A stretch of DNA of 32,000 nt from an uncultured Candidatus Saccharibacteria bacterium (GTDB taxonomy: Bacteria > Patescibacteriota > UBA1384 > XYA2-FULL-43-10 > 1-14-0-10-43-13). Positions 1-7,843 of the stretch are shown here, one piece after another (position 1 is the first letter of the stretch; every line of letters begins with the position of its first letter). Both the position numbers and the translations under genes were made by a program. The stretch is taken from contig CAZIYE010000001.1 in the NCBI GenBank assembly GCA_964543385.1, forward strand, positions 180,001 to 212,000, given 5' to 3'. The notes beneath the pieces are model-generated. The model saw only the letters and a program-made list of their open reading frames with translations, was not told where the DNA came from and made no database searches.

Positions 1-38
1 TTTGTTCCTACTTTTAGTAAAATACTTCCCTGCATAAT

Positions 39-68
39 TTGACAATATACTAAAGATACTGCTAATAT
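39..68 (+). promoter_or_regulatory. Candidate sigma70-like promoter (TTGACA 39-44, 18-nt spacer, TAATAT 63-68) for a short plus-strand transcript
   Basis: Perfect -35 hexamer and a good -10 read directly. It is followed by a stem-loop and a terminator (94-190). The AT-rich background makes chance -10 matches common. Confidence 0.35.
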
Positions 69-74
69 TCAAAT

Positions 75-190
75 GTTGAATAAAGTCCTATTGTCTGTGA
101 TCGAAAAACGTTGCCCCTCCTTTCGTTTTGAGATCACAGACGGTACCTACTTTATAAAAGAATTCCGCCGCAAGGTGGAATTCTTTTTTT
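75..190 (+). ncRNA. Candidate small RNA: long stem-loop (94-140) with a 13-nt loop UUGCCCCUCCUUU, then an intrinsic terminator (160-190)
   Basis: Arms 94-110 and 124-140 pair as 9 bp + 2x2 internal loop + 6 bp. The terminator stem 160-169/174-183 has a G-U wobble on the plus-strand RNA but an A-C mismatch on the minus-strand RNA, and 7 T follow on the plus strand. The only ORF here (73-258 +) runs through both hairpins and into rplK antisense. Confidence 0.3.
160..190. terminator. Hairpin GAATTCCGCC-GCAA-GGTGGAATTC flanked by an A-run (left) and T7 (right); possible bidirectional terminator, also ending rplK
   Basis: 10-bp stem with a 4-nt loop. T7 follows on the plus strand and CUUUUAUAAA on the minus strand. 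It lies about 20 nt downstream of the rplK stop (212-214). Confidence 0.55.
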
Positions 191-211
191 ATATGTATAT
201 TTTTATTCTTA

Positions 212-637
212 CTATTTCTCGATCTCTACGCCCATGCTTCGTGCAGTACCGGCAATAATCTTTTTGGCCGCCTCAATATCATTCGCGTTCAGATCACTCA
301 TCTTAGAATTAGCAATCTCTTCTAACTGACCTTGAGATAGTTTACCGATTTTATTCTTCTTCGAATTATCAGAACCTTTTTCTTTTTTCATGGCCTGCAT
401 TATTAATACTGCTGCAGGTGGTTGCTTCAGGATAAAGCTAAATGTTCTATCTTCGTAGATAGTTATCTCTACTGGAATAATAGTGTTACCCTTATCTTTA
501 GTCTGGTCATTGAACGATTTACAGAATTCCATAATATTCACGCCATGCTGACCCAACGCAGGACCAACAGGAGGCGCTGGATTTGCTTTACCAGCAGGAC
601 ACTGAAGTTTTACTATTGCTTTTATTGCTTTTGCCAT
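212..637 (-). CDS. rplK: 50S ribosomal protein L11
   Basis: 141-aa [46 protein letters not shown] is the canonical L11 N-terminal domain, and the C-terminus ...[17 protein letters not shown] is typical. Confidence 0.97.
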   Translation of the reverse strand: MAKAIKAIVKLQCPAGKANPAPPVGPALGQHGVNIMEFCKSFNDQTKDKGNTIIPVEITIYEDRTFSFILKQPPAAVLIMQAMKKEKGSDNSKKNKIGKLSQGQLEEIANSKMSDLNANDIEAAKKIIAGTARSMGVEIEK

Positions 638-749
638 AATTACCTTTTTGATTATAATCTGAAATTAGAAGCTTAAAAAATTTAGGATTATAACTTAATT
701 ATTCGTTATTTGTTTATTAGTTTGATTGGTTATCTGTATTATTTGGCCA

Positions 750-1391
750 CTACATTTTCTTAACTTGAAGAAAATCAAGGTTTACGGGGGTTTCTCTACC
801 AAACATGTTTACCATAACTTTAAGCTTGCCTTTGTCTTGGTCGACTTCCTCTACTTTGCCCTCAAAACCCTTGAGAGCTCCATCTGTGATTTTTACAAGA
901 TCGCCAACCACAAAATCAATCTGATATTTTGGCTCTTTTACACCCATTCTCTTCTTTAATCTGTCGATTTCTTCCTTAGACATTGGGGTTGGCCTTACGC
1001 CAAAACCAATAAATCCGGTGACGTTTGGTGTATTTCTAACCACATACCAGGAATCATCGGTTACAATCATATCTACCAAAACATATCCTGGAAAAATCTT
1101 CTTTTCTGCAATTTTTCTTTTGCCATTCTTGATTTCGATGGTCTTCTCTTTGGGCACAATCACATCAAAGATCTTGTCTTGCATGTTCATTGATTCAATT
1201 CTCTGTTTTAGAGAATCAGCAACTTGCTCTTCATATCCAGAATAGGTATGAATAACATACCAACTTCGCTCACCGGTCTGCTTCAAAGTAAGAAACTTTT
1301 TACGTTCCTCTTTAACAGTTTCCTCTCCGTCTAGGCTCGCCTCAGCCGAGACTGATGGGCTCTCTTTTTCGATTGTTTTTTCTTCTGTCAT
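750..1391 (-). CDS. nusG: Transcription termination/antitermination factor NusG, with an acidic extension of about 40 aa at the N-terminus
   Basis: 213 aa. NGN domain (WYVIHTYSGYEEQV...IFPGYVLV...VRNTPNVTGF) and KOW motif (FVVGDLVKITDGALKGFEGKVEEVD). Sits in the conserved secE-nusG-rplK context. Confidence 0.95.
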   Translation of the reverse strand: MTEEKTIEKESPSVSAEASLDGEETVKEERKKFLTLKQTGERSWYVIHTYSGYEEQVADSLKQRIESMNMQDKIFDVIVPKEKTIEIKNGKRKIAEKKIFPGYVLVDMIVTDDSWYVVRNTPNVTGFIGFGVRPTPMSKEEIDRLKKRMGVKEPKYQIDFVVGDLVKITDGALKGFEGKVEEVDQDKGKLKVMVNMFGRETPVNLDFLQVKKM

Positions 1392-1398
1392 TTTGCCC

Positions 1399-1596
1399 CT
1401 AACCTCTATTTTGTACTAAGTACTCAACTAATTTTGTTAAACCGAAGTCAATGGCCGAAGTCAAAGCAATTGCAATGGCTGCAGAGACTAAGACAATGAT
1501 CGTATGATTCACCACTTGCTTACCTGTTGGCCAACTAACTTTTTTAAGTTCCGACCATACCCCTTTGAAGTAAGTAACAATATTTAAGTTTTTCAT
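1399..1596 (-). CDS. secE: Preprotein translocase subunit SecE
   Basis: 65 aa with a single C-terminal TM. The motif ELKKVSWPTGKQVVNHTIIVLV is typical of SecE. Immediately upstream of nusG. Confidence 0.9.
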   Translation of the reverse strand: MKNLNIVTYFKGVWSELKKVSWPTGKQVVNHTIIVLVSAAIAIALTSAIDFGLTKLVEYLVQNRG

Positions 1597-1598
1597 AA

Positions 1599-1910
1599 TT
1601 AAAGTTTAATTTTTTTGATTGCAACAATTGTGTATTGTTGTCTGTGACCAAGATTTCTCTTGTAATGCTTCTTGGCATGAAATTTTATGCCGGAAACCTT
1701 ATCATCCTTAATGTCTTTCACAATCTCCCCGCTCACAGTTGCTCCGGCAATATATGGATTGCCAACCTTAACATCTTTACCGTCATCAACTAAAAGAATA
1801 TTAGAGAAAACGATTTCCTTATCATCCTCTTGATCAATAAGATCTATCTTATACTCTTTACCTTCTTCTACTCTGTACTGTTTTCCTTTGTAAGAAACGA
1901 TTGCAAACAT
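1599..1910 (-). CDS. rplU: 50S ribosomal protein L21
   Basis: 103 aa. MFAIVSYKGKQYRVEEG... and ...KFHAKKHYKRNLGHRQQYT match the L21 family pattern. SD AGGAG lies upstream of the ATG. Confidence 0.9.
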   Translation of the reverse strand: MFAIVSYKGKQYRVEEGKEYKIDLIDQEDDKEIVFSNILLVDDGKDVKVGNPYIAGATVSGEIVKDIKDDKVSGIKFHAKKHYKRNLGHRQQYTIVAIKKIKL

Positions 1911-1952
1911 TATTCTCCTAACTTAAAAAAGACCCGAGGTCTATCTTCAATG

Positions 1953-1980
1953 ATAATATCACAAGGGATAAAAATGTCAA
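1953..1980 (-). promoter_or_regulatory. Candidate promoter for rplU-secE-nusG (minus strand: TTGACA, 16-nt spacer, TATTAT)
   Basis: On the plus strand, tgtcaa at 1975-1980 and ataata at 1953-1958. A small hairpin AGACC-UCG-GGUCU plus a U-run (1930-1942) follows, which could end the upstream SEDS gene or act as an rplU leader element. Confidence 0.45.
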
Positions 1981-2004
1981 GACTTGTAAGCATTATAATA
2001 ATTC

Positions 2005-3120
2005 CTAAAATGACAATTTTTTATGTCTTATAAAAATACTTTCGACAATCCCGATTGACAAAAAAGAAACAAGCAATGATGTACCACCAGAACTTAAGAA
2101 CGGCAAAGGTATCCCCGTAACAGGCAAAAGACCGAGATTCATGCCGACATTTTCAAGAACTTGAAAGAAGAACATAGCGGCAACGCCAAAAGCAATCAAC
2201 ATACCAAAATTATCTAACGCCAATTGAGCAATGGTAATTATTCTGACGATGAAGTAGCAATAAAGGAAAAGTAATACTATGCAGCCCAAAAAGCCAAAAG
2301 ACTCAGCAATTCCCGCAAAAATAAAATCCGTATGTGCTTCCGGTAAGAATTGAAGCTGACTCTGTGTCCCCTTTCCAAGATTCTTGCCAGTAATACCTCC
2401 GGACCCAATAGTTATTTGGGCTTGTTTGACATTATATCCCCTACCATAGGGGTCCATATTGGGATTCAAAAAAACTTCGATACGTTTACGCTGATAGTCT
2501 TTAAACATCTGCCCAAATGGTTTTATATCTAAATAAGCCAATGCTATTGTCGATATTCCAATCGCGATAGTGACAAAGATAGCTGCAAGTTGGATCTTTG
2601 AAGGTTTTGAAAGTATCAGCATTATAAAATATATAAATACTATTACCATCGCCGTTCCTAGGTCAGGTTCTATTAATATTAGAACGAGTGGCGGCAGAAG
2701 CATCAGTATGGAAACCAATATGTCTCTCCATTTTATTTTGCCTATCTTATCAGAGAAAAAGGTAGCGTATGAGAAAATTAAGCAGATCTTAGCTACTTCC
2801 GATGGCTGAAGCTGGAAAAATTTTAGGTCAATCCAGTTTTCTGCCCCGTTTGCAGTCTTGCCAATAAAATTCACTAATATCAGAAGTATCATCGAGATAA
2901 TATAGAATATCCAAGAAGTTCCACGAAAGAAACGATAGTCTATAAAAGAGACTGCGATCATGGAAACTATCCCAATGCCGCCAATAAGTGCCTGTTTTAA
3001 ACCCAGGCCATCATTTGTTCCACCAAAAACAAGACTATATATCACAGATACACTTACAGCCAGAAAAATAAGGGCAATAATCACTAGAGAATAATCAAAT
3101 GTTTTGATCTTCTTTGACAT
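2005..3120 (-). CDS. SEDS-family peptidoglycan polymerase (FtsW/RodA/SpoVE)
   Basis: 371 aa and polytopic. Family-typical segments include LQPSEVAKI, EPDLGTA, SQLQFLPEAHTDFIFA and LLPVTGIPLPFLSSGGTS. FtsW and RodA cannot be told apart by eye. Confidence 0.9.
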   Translation of the reverse strand: MSKKIKTFDYSLVIIALIFLAVSVSVIYSLVFGGTNDGLGLKQALIGGIGIVSMIAVSFIDYRFFRGTSWIFYIISMILLILVNFIGKTANGAENWIDLKFFQLQPSEVAKICLIFSYATFFSDKIGKIKWRDILVSILMLLPPLVLILIEPDLGTAMVIVFIYFIMLILSKPSKIQLAAIFVTIAIGISTIALAYLDIKPFGQMFKDYQRKRIEVFLNPNMDPYGRGYNVKQAQITIGSGGITGKNLGKGTQSQLQFLPEAHTDFIFAGIAESFGFLGCIVLLFLYCYFIVRIITIAQLALDNFGMLIAFGVAAMFFFQVLENVGMNLGLLPVTGIPLPFLSSGGTSLLVSFLSIGIVESIFIRHKKLSF

Positions 3121-3122
3121 AT

Positions 3123-6071
3123 CTATCTATTTATACCTATTACGATCTTGGCACCATCTATATTATACTCTGCCTTGCCTTCAAAATTATTTTCTTCGCC
3201 ATCGTCATGCCAATTTTTGCTATAAGATATGCTGTTAGCCAGAACTTCCTTGGCTACAATTTTCAACTCAATAGCTTTTATCAAATTCTCAGAACTAGTC
3301 TCATAATATACATTTATACGATCCGAGACATTGAAATTTGACTCCTTGCGCAATGATTGAATATTCCTAATAATCTCCCGAGACAAACCCTCTATCTTAA
3401 GATCTTCGGTGATATCGGTATCTAACTCAACAGTATTCACATCACCATCGGAATATCTAACATCTTTTACATTAACCTCTTCGGCAATAATTAATTCTAG
3501 CTCCTTATCCAATTTATCCCCGTGGTAGATCAGGGAATTTAATGGCTGGCGAACTTTTATCTTCGCCTGAGCTCGAGATGACAAACCCATTTCAACTGTC
3601 TTGCGAACCTGTTGCATCTTGATATTCAAACCATCGTCAATCATTTCCAAATTTTCTAATGGATAATTCTCCAGATGCACAGAATTTTTGTTTGTTAAGT
3701 TTCTATAGATCTCATCAGCGATAAATGGTGTAAATGGTGCCAAAAGCTTTGATAATTCAACCAGCACCGTCCAGAGAGTCGCATAGGCGTTATCTTTGTC
3801 TCCATCATTCTCTGATTTCCAGAATCTTTTTCTGGATCGTCTAATATACCAATTTGAGAGATTATCAACAAAAGGCGCAATAAGTCTGGCTGACTTTGTC
3901 AAATCATAGTCTTCCATGTTTTTGTTTATTTCAACAATCAGCTTATTCAACTCAGAGATAATCCATTTGTCCAACAGATTAATCGAACTGTTTTCTGTTG
4001 TCTGTTGTCTGTTGTCTTGAGCCGGTATCCACTGATCGATATTCGCATATAAGACAAAGAATGAATAAGAATTCCAAAGCATCCTAAACATACCGCGTGA
4101 TAATTCTGCCAAATCCTTCTCCGAAAAGTTGAGATTCTCTGCTTGTAAGACGGGAGAATTAAGAATGTATAATCTGACCACATCAGCACCATATTTATCA
4201 AACATTAGCATTGGATCAGGATAATTTTGAAGCTTCTTGGACATCTTTTTACCATCCTCTGCCAAGATAATGCCGGAAACAACTACATTCTTATAAGCAT
4301 TTTTTTGCTTTATTGCCGTTGCCAAAATATGAAGATAGTAAAACCATGCTCTTGTCTGGTCCTGCGCTTCACCAATAAAATCAGCTGGAAAAGTTTCGTC
4401 AAATTTATCAACGTTTTCAAAAGGATAATGAAGTTGAGCATACGGCATCGAGCCAGAATCAAACCAAGTATCTAATACATCTGGAATTCGTTTCATCATG
4501 CCCTTACACTTAGCACAAGGAAAATCTATTTTGTCTACAACATCTTTATGCAAATCGTTAACCTTCTTTCCGCTTGCTTTCTCCAGTTCTTCTACTGATC
4601 CGAAAACCACCATCTCTCCGCAATCATCACATTTCCAGATTGGGATAACAGAAGCCCAAAACCGCTGTCTGGAGATCGACCAGTCTCTAGCACCTTCTAA
4701 CCACTTGCCGAATCTACCATCCTTAATATGCTTTGGCGACCAGTTTATCTCCTTGGCAAGCTTTAAAGCATCATCTTTGATTTCAGTTACCGAAACAAAC
4801 CACGAAGAGGTGGCATAATTCAAAAGCGGCGTATCACATCTCCAACAATGTGGATATGAATGCTCATATTTTTCCTTCGAAAAAAGCAGCCCTCGATGTG
4901 CTAAATCTTTGATAATTTCGATATCGGTTTTCTGTGTGTCATTTATATCTTTGACGTGCATGCCAGCAAAATTGCCAGCTTCTTCATTAATAATTCCGTC
5001 CATACCAACATGCTGAAGGAATGGAAGGTTATTTTTCTTACCGAGCTCCATATCATCTTCACCAAATGCTGGCGCAATATGAACTACCCCCGTTCCGTCC
5101 TCTGTCGTAACAAAATCACCAGCATAGATTTTCCAGCCATTCTCCCTATTTGGTAATTTGGAATCATCAGCATAATAACCAAAAAGTGGTTTATATGATT
5201 TGCCGATTAACTGACTAGATTTAAACTCTTCAACAATCTCATAATTTCTGTCTTTCATGACATCGGCTAGGCGCTCCTTTGCAAGGATATAATTTTCCGT
5301 AACTCCTGACTCATCATTCTTAACTAGAACCTTTACATAATTAATGTCTTTTCCAACCGCCAAGGCGACATTTCCAATCAACGTCCAAGGAGTTGTTGTC
5401 CATGCCAGCACAAATGTCCCTGGCTCATCCACTAGCTCAAATTTTGCAATTGCCGATAAATCTTTAACCAATTTATAGCCTTCGGAGACTTCAGACTGAG
5501 ATAAAGTCGTCTCGCATCTTGGACAGATATGCATTGAACGATAACTTTCATAGATAAGTCCCCTGTCCCAAAGCTCTTTAAAAACCCACCAGACAGATTC
5601 CATATAGGACAGATCCATCGTCTTGTAGGCATTTTCCATATCAGCCCAACGCCCCATTCGACGAATTACTGTCTCCCAGATTGAGGCATATTCCATAACC
5701 TTTGATCTGCAAATAGCGTTGAATTTATCCACACCCAAGTCCAAGATTTCTTTCTTGTGCGTGTATCCAAGTTCTTTTTCGACAATATTTTCGATTGGCA
5801 AACCATGACAATCCCAGCCCCAGCGTCTCGGAACTTTATATCCCTTCATAGTCCAATATCTTGGTACTACATCTTTAGTAATACTCTGCAGAATATGACC
5901 ATAGTGCGGCGTGCCAGTGGCAAATGGAGGACCATCATAGAAGCTGTAAAGCTTTGCATCTTTTCGATTTTCAATAGATTTTTCAAAAGTCTTATTTTCA
6001 TCCCAAAAATCAAGAATTTCTTCTTCAATTTTTGGTAAATTCATCGCTGATTCAACTTCTTTAAATGACAT
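3123..6071 (-). CDS. ileS: Isoleucyl-tRNA synthetase (type 2 / eukaryote-like signature)
   Basis: 982 aa. HIGH motif (PPFATGTPHYGHIL), KMSKK motif followed by LQNYPDP, an editing-domain-sized insertion (TTTPWTLIGN), and WISRQR. SD GGAG lies 5 nt upstream of the ATG. Confidence 0.95.
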   Translation of the reverse strand: MSFKEVESAMNLPKIEEEILDFWDENKTFEKSIENRKDAKLYSFYDGPPFATGTPHYGHILQSITKDVVPRYWTMKGYKVPRRWGWDCHGLPIENIVEKELGYTHKKEILDLGVDKFNAICRSKVMEYASIWETVIRRMGRWADMENAYKTMDLSYMESVWWVFKELWDRGLIYESYRSMHICPRCETTLSQSEVSEGYKLVKDLSAIAKFELVDEPGTFVLAWTTTPWTLIGNVALAVGKDINYVKVLVKNDESGVTENYILAKERLADVMKDRNYEIVEEFKSSQLIGKSYKPLFGYYADDSKLPNRENGWKIYAGDFVTTEDGTGVVHIAPAFGEDDMELGKKNNLPFLQHVGMDGIINEEAGNFAGMHVKDINDTQKTDIEIIKDLAHRGLLFSKEKYEHSYPHCWRCDTPLLNYATSSWFVSVTEIKDDALKLAKEINWSPKHIKDGRFGKWLEGARDWSISRQRFWASVIPIWKCDDCGEMVVFGSVEELEKASGKKVNDLHKDVVDKIDFPCAKCKGMMKRIPDVLDTWFDSGSMPYAQLHYPFENVDKFDETFPADFIGEAQDQTRAWFYYLHILATAIKQKNAYKNVVVSGIILAEDGKKMSKKLQNYPDPMLMFDKYGADVVRLYILNSPVLQAENLNFSEKDLAELSRGMFRMLWNSYSFFVLYANIDQWIPAQDNRQQTTENSSINLLDKWIISELNKLIVEINKNMEDYDLTKSARLIAPFVDNLSNWYIRRSRKRFWKSENDGDKDNAYATLWTVLVELSKLLAPFTPFIADEIYRNLTNKNSVHLENYPLENLEMIDDGLNIKMQQVRKTVEMGLSSRAQAKIKVRQPLNSLIYHGDKLDKELELIIAEEVNVKDVRYSDGDVNTVELDTDITEDLKIEGLSREIIRNIQSLRKESNFNVSDRINVYYETSSENLIKAIELKIVAKEVLANSISYSKNWHDDGEENNFEGKAEYNIDGAKIVIGINR

Positions 6072-6280
6072 TTTGTCTCCTTTAACAAAAAAATGGCCCG
6101 ATAATATATTAATTATATATTAAGGCCGCTTATTATATAAGTGAGGTACCAGCCAAAAACATTCTTGATTTTAGTGATTACGGACACCGACCGAGGAGTT
6201 CTAGTTTTCCAATAATAGGAATTTCTTCTCCTAGCGTAACCAAAAGTGGTTTCGTCTGTTGATATCAGACTATGACGCTT
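6072..6280 (-). ncRNA. Probable T-box riboswitch leader of ileS (Ile specifier AUC), with terminator and T-box motif
   Basis: Minus-strand reading. GGCUGGUACC (plus 6145-6154) matches the T-box core GGGUGGUACC, with a UGGU bulge able to pair with an ACCA 3' end. A long hairpin GGCC..GGCC (6095-6127) plus U7 (6087-6093) sits just before the SD. Hairpin GUCUG-AUAUCAA-CAGAC (6254-6270) displays AUC followed by A. CCGUAA resembles the F-box. A TATAAT -10 lies at 6283-6288. No covariance model was run. Confidence 0.5.
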
Positions 6281-6404
6281 ATATTATAAATTGAGCTTAC
6301 AATAATTATTTAGATATTTCAATATAAAATAACTACTTACTTTTATCAGCGTTATAATTAAGATCTATAGTTTGATAACCAGAATCATATCCTAATCGAT
6401 CCAA

Positions 6405-6449
6405 GATCCCTGCTTTCCTGCCTGCCGGCAGGCATGGCGCAGGTATGAC
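6405..6449. repeat. GC-rich compound palindrome (core TGCCTGCCGGCAGGCA, outer CCTGC/GCAGG arms)
   Basis: Perfect 16-nt palindrome at 6419-6434, nested in an imperfect hairpin at 6409-6443. Strongly GC-rich against AT-rich flanks. Intergenic, downstream of pilin copy A. Confidence 0.7.
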
Positions 6450-6518
6450 AGCGGATAGTTATAATATTATTTTCTTTCCATGAAGATCTATATTGCCACA
6501 TTTCTGAATATCGCATAC

Positions 6519-7031
6519 TTAAAATCCATTTCCAACTCTAAATGTCATTTTATATGTACTTGTAGGACCATATGTAGTATTTACGCCGCTATCACTGGCA
6601 TCATCCCAATCATCACTATTATTATCTACAACATTCTCTAGCTTTGCATATATAGATGTAAGGGTTGTACTAGCCCTAAACATATATCTATATAATCCAG
6701 TGTTTATTGGATCTTTCATTTCACGTGGCAAGGTGCCGTCATTAACAAGACCAGTACAAAGAGATTCATAAGGAGCATAATTGTAATTGAAAAATCCCCC
6801 AGTGCCAGTGCCAGCAGAGCCATAGCCAAATATCACATAAGTCCCTGTTCTTTCATGATTTCTGACTTGGAGCGCTTTAAATATTTGTCTCAAATCACTC
6901 TTACGGACAGTGTCTCTGGCTTTAGATGTTTGATTTGTATAACCTACAACACTCACAGCAGCTAATATGCCGATGATAACTATTACTATTATAAGTTCTA
7001 CAAGTGTAAAACCCTTTGATTTCTTAAACAT
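6519..7031 (-). CDS. Type IV pilin-like protein, tandem copy A (170 aa from the corrected start)
   Basis: Class III signal MFKKSKG/FTLVELIIVIVIIGILAAV (Gly -1, Phe +1, Glu +5). SD GGAGGGG lies 3 nt upstream of the ATG at 7029-7031. The track's longer ORF (to 7073) starts at a TTG inside the duplicated DUF167 tail. Confidence 0.85.
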   Translation of the reverse strand: MFKKSKGFTLVELIIVIVIIGILAAVSVVGYTNQTSKARDTVRKSDLRQIFKALQVRNHERTGTYVIFGYGSAGTGTGGFFNYNYAPYESLCTGLVNDGTLPREMKDPINTGLYRYMFRASTTLTSIYAKLENVVDNNSDDWDDASDSGVNTTYGPTSTYKMTFRVGNGF

Positions 7032-7247
7032 TATCCCCTCCGATATGTGTACAGAAATATTATACCTCAACAACCTTGTTTCTGGAAGTAAGCCCCTTGA
7101 TTACCCTTATAGAACTCTTTGGTATCTTATAATAATTTGACAACGCATCTATTACTTCTAAACTGGCTTCACCTCGAAAAGGTTTTCCCTTAACCCAAAC
7201 CTTCAAACTACCATCATTATTCTTATCGACTTTAGCTATTTTTGCAT
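6598..7247. repeat. Tandem direct repeat, copy 1 (650 bp, identical to 7410-8059 at offset 812)
   Basis: Compared block by block by eye with no mismatch found. Covers most of the pilin gene, its RBS region and a 3' fragment of the DUF167 gene. Confidence 0.9.
7060..7247 (-). pseudogene. Truncated 3' fragment of the DUF167 gene, carried along by the pilin duplication
   Basis: Identical to 7872-8059 (the last 188 nt of the intact DUF167 gene, including its stop). The first 28 nt and the start codon are missing; identity ends at 7247. Confidence 0.8.
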
Positions 7248-7330
7248 ATCTAGCCCTACTTTCTCTTGGAGAAAGTATAGATCAACTCTGCTCTATAATT
7301 GCATATCTACAAGAATCATAAATTCTACAG

Positions 7331-7843
7331 TTAGAATCCATTCCCAATTCTAAAATTCATTTTGAAGCTGCTTGCAGGACCGTAACCTGTATATGCACCA
7401 CTAGAGCTAGCATCATCCCAATCATCACTATTATTATCTACAACATTCTCTAGCTTTGCATATATAGATGTAAGGGTTGTACTAGCCCTAAACATATATC
7501 TATATAATCCAGTGTTTATTGGATCTTTCATTTCACGTGGCAAGGTGCCGTCATTAACAAGACCAGTACAAAGAGATTCATAAGGAGCATAATTGTAATT
7601 GAAAAATCCCCCAGTGCCAGTGCCAGCAGAGCCATAGCCAAATATCACATAAGTCCCTGTTCTTTCATGATTTCTGACTTGGAGCGCTTTAAATATTTGT
7701 CTCAAATCACTCTTACGGACAGTGTCTCTGGCTTTAGATGTTTGATTTGTATAACCTACAACACTCACAGCAGCTAATATGCCGATGATAACTATTACTA
7801 TTATAAGTTCTACAAGTGTAAAACCCTTTGATTTCTTAAACAT
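7331..7843 (-). CDS. Type IV pilin-like protein, tandem copy B (170 aa from the corrected start)
   Basis: Same N-terminal 146 aa as copy A. The last 24 aa differ (SSGAYTGYGPASSFKMNFRIGNGF versus DSGVNTTYGPTSTYKMTFRVGNGF). SD GGAGGGG precedes the ATG at 7841-7843. Confidence 0.85.
   Translation of the reverse strand: MFKKSKGFTLVELIIVIVIIGILAAVSVVGYTNQTSKARDTVRKSDLRQIFKALQVRNHERTGTYVIFGYGSAGTGTGGFFNYNYAPYESLCTGLVNDGTLPREMKDPINTGLYRYMFRASTTLTSIYAKLENVVDNNSDDWDDASSSGAYTGYGPASSFKMNFRIGNGF

Noticed and set aside
1-35. Partial minus-strand ORF at the left edge (ATG at 33-35, MQGSILLKVGTK...) considered as the start of rplA
   Set aside because: The sequence does not resemble L1 N-termini. There is no SD at a suitable distance (the SD-like loop is about 78 nt away). 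With only 12 codons visible, it cannot be supported.
73-258. 61-aa plus-strand ORF (MLNKVLLSVIEKRCPSF...)
   Set aside because: It runs straight through two strong hairpins and a T7 terminator and then overlaps the rplK 3' end antisense. It has no SD and an odd composition. The region is better explained as a structured RNA or terminator.
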